Source: Eledone cirrhosa (taxonomy: Eukaryota). From it: a stretch of DNA of 64,000 nt. The notes under the pieces are model-generated. The model saw nothing but the letters and a program-made list of their open reading frames with translations. It was not told the DNA's origin and did not search any database. Shown here one piece after another: positions 43,701 to 56,321 of the stretch. The position numbers and the translations under genes were made by a program. The stretch lies in assembly GCA_964016885.1 (NCBI GenBank), contig OZ024743.1, forward strand, positions 26,660,001 through 26,724,000, read 5' to 3'. Numbering within the stretch: the stretch's first letter is position 1; each line of letters starts with the position of its first letter.

Positions 43701-44533
43701 ATGTGCATTGTTTTGTGACACCAGCACTATCACTTTACCGTATGGATTTGGGTGCATTTTATCACGGCACCAGTACTTACAGGGTTAGGCTGGGTGTGTT
43801 TCATTGTAGCAACAGTACTAGTTGGTCATTGGTTTGACTGAAGGGCATTTTCTACCTTATGCTTATAGGGAGGTATCTTCTCCTAGAGAAACTGTGATTA
43901 GTGGGTGAGAATGGAGGTACGAATATAAAGCACATACTTAGTATATCGACAACTTGTCTCTAATTTTAACATATTTATCTAAGAAAAAAGTATATTTAAC
44001 TATAGTTCATGAGATATCTGATTTTATGCTATTGACAAAATTGTAAAGAGCTTTTCTCATTTTCATATTGAATAATTAAGTTTTCTATAGTTTATAACAT
44101 TTAAACTATAGTATTTTCTTATCGATAATACCATCACCAACCTTTGTTAATGCAAGAATCAATAAATATGTTTACAGCTTTGAATTAATAAAAGAAAGAA
44201 AATACTGATATTATTTCATAACAATCATAAATTAGGTAATTCAGTTTTAAGATAATTGAATCACATTGTAATTATGTTTAACTTACTTTATTAAATATAG
44301 ATATAATATGTCCCACCCTTGCAAGCAGGGAAGAGCGGACGTAAAATGATGATAAAATGATGATAGATATATGTAATAGGAAATCAAGTATACTTTAACC
44401 AATTCAAAATAACTATGAATTTTGAAACACATCTATCTCATGCTAACATGGAAAAAATGAGTATAAAATATATAAAAAACACAAGTTAATAAAGTGAGAA
44501 AAATGTGCTACTTAATATATGAATGGTTGTTAC

Positions 44534-44640
44534 CTTGCTATTAGCTAGAAGAAATCCAATACCATCCATGCACACTTGGAGTAGTCCTCCTTGTCCAGAC
44601 CTGAGATCTTGAACTGGGAATTCCCCACCTATGTCAGGTC
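44534..44640 (-). CDS. MADD: MADD exon H (GPDIGGEFPVQDLRSGQGGLLQVCMDGIGFLLANSK)
   Basis: GGEFPVQD...GGLLQV signature; tttcag acceptor, gtaaca donor; phase 1 to 0. Confidence 0.96.
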
Positions 44641-45239
44641 CTGAAATATATGGAAATATGAACTGTAGGAATCCAAAAGCAGAAAATAACTCTAGCAACA
44701 CTCAATTGCTATATATAATTGGGCAAGAGACAGAAAAAGGTAGCTAAGTATCAGATAATCAAACTTCCTATCTTTCAAAAATTTAAAATATTGTTTTTTA
44801 TTATATTGCAACTATACAAAAAGGATTTGTTACCAAATCCTTTTTGTTATTAAACCACCTGGAATTGTCGCTGGATCTACAATATAAATCTGTTCATTTT
44901 AGTGTTTATTCTTATCTAAAAAAAAGACCTTCCATCAGAATTTTATCTGAACACCATCTTAATGAGAAAGTTAGCTATATTACTAAATACATTCAAAATC
45001 TCAATTATTTTCAAAATTAATTGAAAATCATAGGTTGTGTATTTCGTTTAAAATATGGTAATCAAAGGGCTCATTCTAGTAAATGCAGTTCTCATTATGA
45101 TGTATAAAACTCTTTGTTTCAATTGCATGTTCTTCCCTAACAGTGTGATTATAGTGAGAATGTGATAGAAGTGTGTGTGTGTGAGAGGGGAGGGGGGGGG
45201 GCTGAAAAGAGAAGAAATGGTAGAGAGTAATAGAAGAGA

Positions 45240-45770
45240 ATCAGTAATCAGCTGTTCTCTAACTCTTTCAGTAACTTTCATGACTTGGTCCATCAACTAT
45301 CTCTACAGTTTTCTCTAACATATATCTTTTACACTTTTATTAGTTAATGCTGACGCCATCTCATACTAACTGATTTATTATCTGCATGACTCATGCATGG
45401 TCTACCATATCAGATATTTTCAGCATCTCAGAGACTATACCGGGCAATCATATCCATAATTGTTTTATCTATCATATTGCTATCAACTTAGCAAATTCCT
45501 CAATTGAGTAGTCCTCTGTCATATGCATTTTTTCTTTCAACAATTTCTTATAATAGTCCTTTTACACTTCATTCTCCTCATGCTCTAATCAGAGCAATTG
45601 CACTTCTTCCGAACATTGTATTGATTTTCTTTAGAACACTACCTTGCAATCTGGAACCCCTCACAGTTCTCATCCTCACGTTGCAGAACGTATATAAACC
45701 TTTTACTTTTTCCATCTCCCCTGAGGCCTAACTTCTAGCTACATGGTATTGCTCTATTCCCCTCATTCTT
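45240..45770 (-). mobile_element. Decayed RTE fragment (pre-RT region to RT domain 1)
   Basis: MDQVMKVTERVREQLI matches IDQVMKVAERILA of the 56322 copy. Confidence 0.65.
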
Positions 45771-45908
45771 TCAGCCATATATGTAAACATACAATTTCTT
45801 TGTAATATTATTTAAAAAAAAAAAAAAAAAATACAAATAAAAAATCCCAAAATACGATTAAATGGGATTTAGGAATTTATGAAATGAAATAACTTGATTT
45901 GAACTTAC

Positions 45909-45981
45909 CTGGAACTTTACCATTATTTCGAGCCGCAGCTTTGTCCATAGTTTCTTTCACACAAAAATACAGTTCCCGGCA
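45909..45981 (-). CDS. MADD: MADD exon G (CRELYFCVKETMDKAAARNNGKVP)
   Basis: cttcag acceptor, gtaagt donor; 73 nt, phase 0 to 1. Confidence 0.95.
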
Positions 45982-46959
45982 CTGAAGTTAGAAAAATAAC
46001 GATGTGAGTAGCTTTTAAACTACAATTGAATATATGTAATTACTAAGGAGTACATTTACATTAAATTAAAGTGCAATAAAATGACTGTGTCAAATATCTT
46101 GAACATTCAATGTTTTGATCAGTTTAATAAATTTGAAAATGTGTTTCGGTTACAGCTAGATGTTGTTTGAAATATCAATAAGATATGATAATTAGTAATA
46201 GAGGAGATATATTAAAGTAGCTTTCTCAACATATAATCTGCACCTTAGCAGCAATCATATAATGTACCTCTGTATTTTCTTGAATGTTAATTATTTTCTA
46301 CATAAGCCCTACATTGTAATATTCATACCTCCAAAAATGTAATTATGGCAAAAGGGAACTTTTTCTAAAATATTAAAACTGAGTTATTGTCAATTACTAA
46401 AGAATATTTTGTTTTGATGTTACATCTATTGCATCAATTGCTTCACCAGGGACAAGGTCACAAGTTCGGGTAGAAGTGTTAGTCAATTAAATTAACCATA
46501 GTACTTGACTGATACTTTAATTTATCAATCCTAAAAGGATGAAAGGCAAAGTCAACCTTGGAACATACAGGAGTGTATCTAACATCACAGTGTATTTTGT
46601 TTGACATTCTAACATTACCCTTATGATGATAACAACAGCAGCAATAATAATATCTGATATTGGAACATGGTAAAAAATTTGAGGGGAATGGTATAGACAA
46701 TTATATCAAACTCCAGTATTTGATTGGTACTTTATTTTATTGATCCCAAAAAGATGGAAAGTGAAGTGGGATTTGAACTCAGAATGTAAAGTGTTGTAAC
46801 TAAATACTATAAGGAATATTGTTGGGTGCTCTAACAATTTTGCCACTTCACCAATGGTGATGAGGATGTTTTACATTGATATGAGCTCAAAAGTTTGCAG
46901 TATGTTGTTGATTCAACCATACCAAATATATAACTGGTTCTCATTATATTGACTCAAGT

Positions 46960-47055
46960 CGAGGTTGACTTTGCCTTTCATCCTTACGGGGTCGATAAAA
47001 TAAAGTACCAGTAGTGCACTGGGTAATTGTTGACCTTGTGCCTAAAGTAGAAACA
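46960..47055 (+). mobile_element. SINE 3' fragment with 17-bp TSD, nested in an older antisense related SINE
   Basis: attatattgactcaagt at 46943-46959 and 47056-47072. Confidence 0.88.
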
Positions 47056-47589
47056 ATTATATTGACTCAAGTAGGATGAATGGCAAAGTCAACTTTGCAA
47101 GATTTAAATTTAGAATGCAGATGGATAAAATTAACTAATCCAAAGTACTTTACCATTTCTGACCTGGCACTGCATTAATAATTATTTCTAAGCGGACTGA
47201 AATATTGGAGAAATGGTGTATTTGATGAGAACACATCATCTATTTGACTGGTAAATAACAGTAATAACTTTTTCTGGGAAAACATCCAAGAAAAACAATA
47301 CTGTGTTATTTATTTTGTTATATAGATGAGATAAATCACAAATGCTTTCAATAATGAGTTTTTAAAATTAAATTTTTATTTGTGTGCATCCATTTTCGAA
47401 TAGGTACATCAAACCCCGGTATGTTGTAAGAGATGTCTAAAAGGGTTAGTGTAAGGAAGGGCATTCAGCTGTAAAACATTACCCCAGAAAGAGCTTATGA
47501 AGAGGGACTGCAAGACTGATTTAGCAGGAAAAATAGCCTTGTAATGCTTGTTATTGTTGTTGTTATTTGCAATATATTTGTCTATATAA

Positions 47590-47812
47590 AAGTCTGTCTC
47601 AAGCCTGGAGGTTCAAGTGAGTACTTATCCCAGTCCATCGCAGGGTTAAATCCCCAGCTATTGTTGGTACTCATTTTCAGTTAAGTATACTGCAGCAACG
47701 TAAAATGAAATGTTTTGCTTAAGAACATAACACACAACCCAGTCCAGGAATCAAAACTACAACATTATGATCATAAGTCCAAAACCCTTACCACTAGGCC
47801 ATGCACCTTCAC
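47590..47812 (-). mobile_element. tRNA-derived SINE
   Basis: Homologous to 6900-7177. Confidence 0.78.
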
Positions 47813-47860
47813 AATTTATTTGTGGTACATGTTAAAAAAATATTTGTTGTCAAGTTTTAC

Positions 47861-48025
47861 CTTTTTAGTATAGAACTGATTAAGATGTACGCGTTCACCA
47901 TATTTTCGCCAAAGACATAAAACTTTGGTTTTAGGGCAATAAGTCATGTTGACCAGTTTCTCATACCACCATCGATCACATATTGCTCCCGTAACACTGC
48001 GTAGGATAATGCAGTCATCACACAC
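47861..48025 (-). CDS. MADD: MADD exon F ([39 protein letters not shown]...QFYTKK)
   Basis: [25 protein letters not shown] signature; 165 nt with AG/GT ends. Confidence 0.97.
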
Positions 48026-48299
48026 CTATAATAGAATATGAAACATTTAACTGAATTAAATGACTTACATATGCACCACTTTCAAACTGCAAATTAAAGA
48101 CAGATTGGATTCAAAACTTTCCTACAAAGAAACAAATAAAATCCAGTAGAGTATAACTTTAATCAGAAATGAAGCAAAATACTTCTCTGCTTTCTCGATA
48201 CCAAATAAAGAAATTTTATTGAATTAACAGAGCAGGAGATTTTTCCCAAGAAATGTATATATCATTATCATCTCCATTTAACGCCCATTTTTCCATGCT

Positions 48300-48970
48300 A
48301 TCATCATCATCATCATCATCATCGTTTAACGTCCATCTTCCACGCTTGCATGGGTTTGGACGGGAGTTTTCCCACTTGAGGCAAGAGTGGTTGTCTTGCT
48401 CGCATAGGACTGTCTGGCGGGTTTTCTACGGCTGGATGCCCTTCCTAACACCAACCACGTTTATAGTGTGGACTGGGAGGTTTTTACCGTGTTACCTACA
48501 CGGCCACATTACAGCGTGGACTGTGTGTTTTTTTGTCATGACACCTACACGAGCTCATTTGTTTCGGACTGGATGTTGTGGTACCAACATAACTTTACAT
48601 TGAAAGGGGTGGTGTGAAATGGGTGGGGGTAGTGGGACGGGGTGTATTTTGTTAGAGGTGCCTACTGACTGTAGTAGGTTTCACTTTGTACTTAGGTAAG
48701 GCAAGTCTTCTCTATTACTGTGTAGCGCCAAAGATCTCGGTCCAGTGACATTGTCTTGGAGAGGTGTAAGTGTGTGAGGTCAGAATTTATCAAGTCGTCC
48801 CAGGTTTTTCTGGGTCTGCCTACTCCGTGGCTACCGTCTATTTTTATTGCCCTGCACTTTTTTATACAGCTGTCGTCTTTCATGCGCATCACGTGACCAT
48901 ACCAACGTAGTCTTCTCTTGAGTAAACAACATCTGATCCCTCTTATTTCTAATTTTTCCCTTAGTTCGTT
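48300..48970 (-). mobile_element. 5'-truncated young RTE LINE (same family as 12895-13892)
   Basis: NELREKLEIRGIRCC...EKTCLT*, shared 3' UTR and tail. Confidence 0.93.
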
Positions 48971-49220
48971 TAATATATATATATGTATGTATATTATATA
49001 CATATACATATATATATATGCAAGCATGGAAAAGCGGATATAAAAATGATGATGATGATATATATATATATATATAGATATATATATATAGATAATTCAA
49101 ATAAGATATATGTATATATATAGAGAGAAAAATCCATATATTGTAAGAGAAACATATAGTATTTTTTACATATATATAAAGCATATAATATTTAGGAAAA
49201 AGTATATATTTTAAGGTGGA

Positions 49221-49349
49221 AACGATCTTATATTCCTTACGGTCCTGTTTCATAGTTCATAAACCGAGGCAAAAATCGATATAAGTAATCGATTATTGAT
49301 TTTAATAAAGTCACTAAAGATGCGCAACTAATCATCAGAGGAAATCGTC
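49221..49349 (-). ncRNA. Type I hammerhead ribozyme-like motif with enlarged stem II
   Basis: GACGAT-TTCCT-CTGATGA-T-TAGTT...AACTA-T-GAAAC-AGGACC-GTA-AGGAA-tataag-ATCGTT. Confidence 0.7.
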
Positions 49350-49820
49350 TTTGGATGAGTTCCAATTAAGAACAAAAATATTTCTATATCTATCATGTTC
49401 CGAGAATTAGTCAAAACTATGACCTTGTGATGTAAAGAACATTTTGACTGTGGCAGCAGATATAACACTGAACATTACATCCGCTAGAAAGAGGTGCGAA
49501 GTACTAGTCACAGTATAAGCAGCTCAACAAATTAAGAATTTGGAGCAGATATATACTAAGCTCAGGTATCATAACATATATAATATGTATGTTAATTATG
49601 TTTCTTAGTAGAAAAGCTCAATGGATGTTTATCCAGAGCATTAATAATTCAAATTATAAGATATATGTATACATATATAGAGAAAAAGCCATATATCATT
49701 AGAGAAACACATAGTATTTTGTACATATATATAAAGCATACAATATTTATGAAAAAGTACAGGACAGGCAGGCAGACACATACACGTTTTTTTTTGCTAA
49801 AAACATTATAAATAGCCTAC

Positions 49821-49928
49821 CTCCATAAACAACATATCCCCTGTATTGTCACTGCCCCAATGTACAGTGAATGACTGTTTCTGCATGAGTCTGCTGCCCA
49901 TGGGTTTCAGATCAATATCATTGCCATT
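49821..49928 (-). CDS. MADD: MADD exon E ([36 protein letters not shown])
   Basis: 108 nt, ttttag acceptor, gtaggc donor, in frame; translated by hand. Confidence 0.95.
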
Positions 49929-50856
49929 CTAAAATTAAAGAAAAATTATTTTATAACCAAAAAATCTTTTAATTACATTTGACATATACAATAAAGCTAT
50001 GAAACAACCAACAATATGTAACATGAAGTGAAACATTAAAATCCTCCATTTTACAAGTATTTCTTAATCTACAGGTTTGATTTTTTAAGATCTACCTTTT
50101 TTTTTGTGATACCCATTTACTTTCAAGCTGTTGAAAGCTATGTTGAAATGGCAGCTGTGCAATAAAACAGGAGCAAATCCTTTGGCATAGTGTAATCTGA
50201 AAATATCCTGTCCAGCTCTAAAAAGATTTGGGTAAAGAACAATCCCATGAGTTCCAAAACTTCTCTCTAAGTTTGTTTAAGTAAAGCTGATCCAGATTAT
50301 TCAATTTCTGTAATATCTCGTACATGCATAATTTGAATCCTTAATCTCATCAACTCCAGCTCTAAGTAATTTAAATGTTTTTTTTTAAACCTATTATTAA
50401 TCTTAAATTACTCCTCACGATAATGTATTAGCTTCATGTATAACATGATAACCTTTTAGATCAATGCACTCTAGATCATATTATTCATCAATCAATAAGA
50501 CCCCCTCAATTGAAAATGTTCAATTTCTGGACTAGCATTGGCCTTTATACTTTCTCTGCTTCTACAGCTGTTACACGTTTTTAAAATCTTTAACTTTCTA
50601 CTCCTGATTATCTATCTCATGTTTCTCTCTCTTACTTATGCAAAACATTAAGTACAATCGTTTGTTTATTAATTTCTTCAAGATATTTTAGTAAATTAGT
50701 TTTGTTTCTCTAGCCAATTGGTAACAATTAGTAAAACAAATATTAAATGAATGCTACTATATTCATTCTTTTTATTGTAAGAGACAATTGATTCCATTTA
50801 TTGAAACTAATTATATGTCAAAAATAGAAAAGCACCCAGTTTCAATGAAGACTTAC

Positions 50857-51073
50857 CAACTTATTAACTTCATCTAAAAGGTTATTGACATCTTGACTGT
50901 ATTGGAGGCCAATATGAGATTTACCAAGCAATCGTCTAATTTTTTTCTTGATCTCTATTTTTTTCACATCCATCATTACCATGAATCCAATATGGTTATA
51001 TAACATATCAGACAACAATTTATCTTCATCATGTTCTAAACGTTTTTTCTCTGCATCTCCAAGTGAATTATAC
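50857..51073 (-). CDS. MADD: MADD exon D, death-domain-like region ([20 protein letters not shown]...[27 protein letters not shown])
   Basis: [14 protein letters not shown] signature; cctcag acceptor, gtaagt donor; phase 2 to 0. Confidence 0.96.
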
Positions 51074-51902
51074 CTGAGGGAATAAATGATAATTTTAATA
51101 TATGCAGTTTGGAAAACAATATAAAAGAATATGTATATAAAGAGAGACACACTAAGGAAAACAACTTAGATAATAGTGCTACCTAATTTTGCATCATTCT
51201 TCCATAAATTTAATCTTGAACCAATCATATCATTTAAGATTTCCAATGGTTATTTTGCAGTAAATTATACACTTATAATTCTTTATTATTTCCATCACAT
51301 ATCTATATCAATGCTGTTATCTTCTTCACACATCAACTAATGGTTCACCAATTCAGCTGTTTTGCCCACCTAATTAATGAACTTACCAATATAGACTAAC
51401 TAAAGTGCAAGAAACAACCAACTCTAAATGTCATAGACTAGATACTGGTTCAGACATTTAAGTTATCTAATAGCTACTGGAATTAAAAGTAGCAGAAGAT
51501 TAATAATCATCTTTACAAATAGTAAAGAGATTTCATAACAACAGTTAATTGATTTGGATTTATCAGAAATGTGATTCATTATGGAAGTGAGGCATGACTG
51601 TAAAAGACCTCTATCAACAAAAATTGAACTGAATACCTTGTATGATCTACTCTCAATTAAAACCAGATAGAATCCTAATTAAGTGACTGAAGTAGTAAGG
51701 TATTACTGATTACAAGATTGGGATCATCTGATTTTGTCATGCAAGGAAAATTTAGAGAAAAATAATCAAATGTTAGTATCAGATGATTTAAAGGGCAAAG
51801 TATACCAAGAAGGATAGGGAGAATCGATGAGAACCAAATGTCACAACTAATTCAACATAGAAGAAAAAGTAATAAAATGTGAAAGCAAAAGTAACTACAA
51901 AC

Positions 51903-52023
51903 CTTTCCATCATTTCACCTGGTCCCTGATCCATGCCGATAATATCTCTTTCCTGAGCAACAGCATCTAAAAACATATCCTCCCAAAATTGCATTGAATC
52001 CCATAACCGACTGCGGTCTTTGC
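51903..52023 (-). CDS. MADD: MADD exon C ([41 protein letters not shown])
   Basis: Recognisable MADD sequence (QFWED.FLDAV..ER...GMDQGP.EM); AG/GT boundaries; phase 1 to 2. Confidence 0.96.
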
Positions 52024-52948
52024 CTACAAGATAACAAAAAAGAAAAGTGATACGCCTGTGTGTCTTATATTAATCACTGAATTATGTTTTAGCCATTTGA
52101 TTTACATGAATTTCAGAAAATTAAAATACAAATGACTATATAAAGAAATTGTTGAAAATGTAATACATTCGGATGAAAGTGCATTCACATAAGGATTAAT
52201 TCTGCCAATACAAGATCAAATACAAATTAATTTCATCTTTATACAAATGTTAACATATGTTTAAAAAAGTTACTATGGATATCCAGAAGGGTGTCAGATA
52301 TGAAACAGTCAGTAAAAATATATATGATGTGCTTTATGGTATCTAAGTCATGGTTCACAACCCTAACTTATTATTTTACTCAGGTAAGTTTCAGTTTCTT
52401 TATACTTTAGTGTAATGATAACACAACTATCTGGCATGTGTTAGAGGTCAGTTCAAGTCCTTTCTAGTCTTGTTTTGTCATGGCACCAGCACAAGGGAGG
52501 TTGTATTGCCTTATATCACATATATGTATGTGAATGTATATATGCACATATCTATGTGCACATATAAATATACAATGTATTAAAGTTATATCTGTATATC
52601 TAATATGTAGGCATGTAAACATGCCAGAAAATATGAATTTCTCTGTAAATTGAAAAAAATGACACGTATAGGGAAAATTGAGCCAAACTAATCACCTCCA
52701 TTGTCAATCAGGTAATACATGATGGTGTCATATCCAATGACTGTCATAGCAGTATACTTATTAATTGATACAAGAGAAAAGGGGATACTCTATAAAGGAG
52801 CAATTATAGGAGGGGTATAAAACTGATAGACCAAAATGAGGATGATGATGGTTATGATGATGATATATATATATATATATATATATCATCGGAAAAATAA
52901 TAATATATTTCTTTTTTATTTCTGTTTGCTGTTTGCATACACACACTA

Positions 52949-52995
<47 letters not shown>

Positions 52996-53540
52996 AAAAG
53001 TAAATGGAAAAAACACAACAGATGATGAAGTTCAATGAAGATATATATTAGTTTCACGTTTAATATAGTAGTAAAAGTCTTTATGAGTTGGACACCAGAG
53101 ATCATCATGGAATGGCAGTTCTGTTTTGCAGGTGAAATTCTGTGCCTTACAGAACATCAATCAACTGCCCAAAACAGTAATGATGTGGATGACTCCTGAA
53201 AGCTGACCAAAAATGACTTTGTGACGCACATTCCAAAGCAACCTACAAACTGTCAACATCCCCTGGCATGGATGTTAATGAGCTGCCACCAACTGACAGC
53301 GTTGGAGACGATTGGTTGACTTTTGTTCCCGACAGAATAAGCTGGACTAAGAGCTAAGAGTTAAGAAAGCATGTAACTTAGTAGCTTGGGTGTTTAGCTG
53401 ATGAATGTAAGATCATGTCCTATGTCCTTGAGCAAGACACTTTATTTCACATTGCTCCAATCGGAAATGAATTGTACCAGCTGAATTTTCCTTAGAACTA
53501 AATTATCAAAAAAACAAAAACAAAAACAAAAACAAATTAC

Positions 53541-53697
53541 CAATGAGGCCTTCAAAAAGATATGTTTTGCCTGTTTCTGGACTAGGTAATGGAGATGTAT
53601 TAATCATCTTTCCATCATGATAACGAAATCCAGCACTTAAATTACTTTTGGTGCTCCAGATACTTGATGATCGACTACGTCTATGGTAGTTCACCAT
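53541..53697 (-). CDS. MADD: MADD exon B (MVNYHRRSRSSSIWSTKSNLSAGFRYHDG...KTYLFEGLI)
   Basis: ttatag acceptor, gtaatt donor; YLFEGL motif typical of MADD; phase 0 to 1. Confidence 0.92.
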
Positions 53698-54167
53698 CTA
53701 TAATAGAAGTACAATTGATATTATCGAAGAATTAACATGTAATTGAAACAAATATGGAATGTGATAAAACACTTTCATTTAATTCAAGATTAGTATGCAA
53801 TACCAGTAAACATGAAACCAAAGAAAATGATGAATATTTTAAATGATCTATTCTCAAATACCATCTAATCATTAAGTTAACACCTTGATTTTCCACAGTT
53901 GAACTGTTACTATTTTATTTTTATCAATCTGAATAAATATTATCAAACATACTATAAAACAAAATCTTTAATACATATCAAAATGAAAATCCTCACTGCT
54001 AGAACAGTTAAAACAGTTAAATGTTGCAAAAGACAGCAATGGGCAAAAATGCCTCAGGGGACAGAAACCTGCAGCCAATAGTGAACAGAGAGACAATCCA
54101 CAAGGTGGGTGACTGGCAGATGAAATGCAGGTAAACATAAGCAGTCCAATATAATAGCTGTACTAAG

Positions 54168-54424
54168 TTAACTCTTTCATTACTATATTTCTAGTGAAAA
54201 ACAGTATCTATGATTTTTAAATAATTATGAAAATAATCAAGAATTTGGAGGGATTTGGTGATGTAACTAAATTTCTCATTATTAAACTGGGGTTTGAAAC
54301 ATAACAAAGATTCTAACATAAATTTATGATAGAAAGTTTGTAGATAAATGTAAATACTTTAAAACAATGTTTTGTGTCATAGAACCAGGAGTAGTTTCAG
54401 TTGGCTTGGTAACAAAAGGGTTGA
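54168..54424 (-). mobile_element. MITE family 2, reverse orientation
   Basis: Reverse-complement similarity to 34989-35243 and 36345-36609. Confidence 0.72.
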
Positions 54425-54645
54425 CTATGATATCAAGTGTCCAACACTTTAGTATCACAGTCATTGAACTTGAATTAGTGAGTAAAATTAGAAACAAAGA
54501 ATGACTAAACAATACTCAGAGGATCCTATATTAACTCCAAAATAAATATTCACCAAAAGTAAATGGGATCAATTCTAGATTTTTTGTTTCAACAAGATAA
54601 TAATATTTTGTTATTTTTTCAAACTAATTACTGATAAAAACTCAC

Positions 54646-55088
54646 CCCAGAAAGTTCCATCTCACTGTCTGACACAGTATTCCGGACCAAATGATGGTTA
54701 ACCTTTGGCTTCTGGCGCCGTTCCTCCTCAGGTTGATTATCAGAACTGCTGCTTACTAATGTGCTGCCATCAGACACTTCTGAATCAGTGCTATTAACCT
54801 TATTTTTCCTCCGAGCTTTAAGTAACTCTTTATTGCGTACAAGATCATGAAGAATATCACTTTCAGGATCTGTAGTTTGTCTATCTGATTCAACACCTGT
54901 TACAACAATGTCACAAGACTTGACATTCTCAGAAGCAGTGTCGCTCATATTTGTCTGATCAGCACTGTGACTTTTATCACTTTCTGATTGTTCTTCAGAT
55001 TCTCCAGCATCAACATCACTTGTAGTTTCACCAACTGATGCAATTTCTATATTTTCAAATTCTTCTCCATTGATAATAACCGGGGAAC
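54646..55088 (-). CDS. MADD: MADD exon A (first exon seen; acidic Ser-rich linker GSPVIINGEEFE...VSDSEMELSG)
   Basis: Open frame; acceptor ttcaatag and donor gtgagt; phase 0 end joins exon B in frame. Confidence 0.85.
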
Positions 55089-55615
55089 CTATTGAACACA
55101 ACAAAAAACTATTTATGTCCAAATGCTGATATGTTATTAAAAAGCATGACAATGAATTTGTGAAGACACATATGACTATTACAAAATACTAGTTGTACAT
55201 TTTATGGTTATTATTTAAATCAAAATAAAATTTATAATAGTTACATAATAAATGGGAAGATATCAAAATAAAAAAAATGCAATATCATATTCACATACTT
55301 CTATTGTAGATTAAAAAGGGGAAAACTCATGGTTGATACTTTCTATTCAAAATGTATAGATTTGTTTTCCTAACAATTACAAAATCCCAACTGGCAGAAG
55401 AGTTTAGATAATTGAGTTAAATTCAGTTTATTACTAATACATATTTTAACTATCCAAAATATAAGAAAAGCTATATTTATCAAGTTACACCAAACAAAAT
55501 ACAATACACATAACTCTCTACTACCCTACCAACTTTACTGAATTTTCAAACAAATCTATTCCAGTCTCATTCAAATAACTTCACTGTTGCTTAGGAAAAA
55601 CAAAGTCAAAACAGC

Positions 55616-55667
<52 letters not shown>

Positions 55668-55942
55668 TAGGTATGAATCAAAGTTGTTGCTGCCATATAG
55701 CAGGTATTACTTGAGTTGTTTGAGGCAATCACAAAACACTTGATAGAGCGGTTATGTTAATACATTACCGTCCAGAATAAACACAACAGTTAAAAAGTGT
55801 GACACCAAGAAGAATGACTGAAGGCATTGGCCATATATATATTCCACAACAATAATAAATACAGAAAGGTTGAAAACTCTCTCTCTCTCTCATATCATAT
55901 ATATATATATTCATTTCATTTCATTTTACGTCCGCTTTTTCC

Positions 55943-55995
<53 letters not shown>

Positions 55996-55999
55996 GTGA

Positions 56000-56116
56000 A
56001 GGCGTGTGGCTGAGTGGTTAGAGAACTGGATTCGCAATCATGAGGTTGTGAGTTAGATTCCTGGACCGGGCGATGCGTTATGTCCTTGAGCAAGACACTT
56101 TATTTCACGTTGCTCC
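56000..56116 (+). mobile_element. tRNA-derived SINE head plus core
   Basis: TGGCTGAGTGG A box, GTTAGATTCC B-box-like, tgtccttgagcaagacactt. Confidence 0.82.
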
Positions 56117-56215
56117 TTCTACCTGGAGTTGCCACCGATAGATAGTATTAGCAATTGGAAAGACCAATGGAAACACTGTTTCCTCGGTCCGATTTGACGA
56201 AAGTCGATCGTTAGG

Positions 56216-56263
<48 letters not shown>

Positions 56264-56288
56264 ATATTTATATATTTATATATATATT

Positions 56289-56321
<33 letters not shown>

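Noticed and set aside
56000-56070. tRNA-like A/B boxes
   Set aside because: Continues into the SINE core and has no complete cloverleaf; a SINE head, not a tRNA gene.
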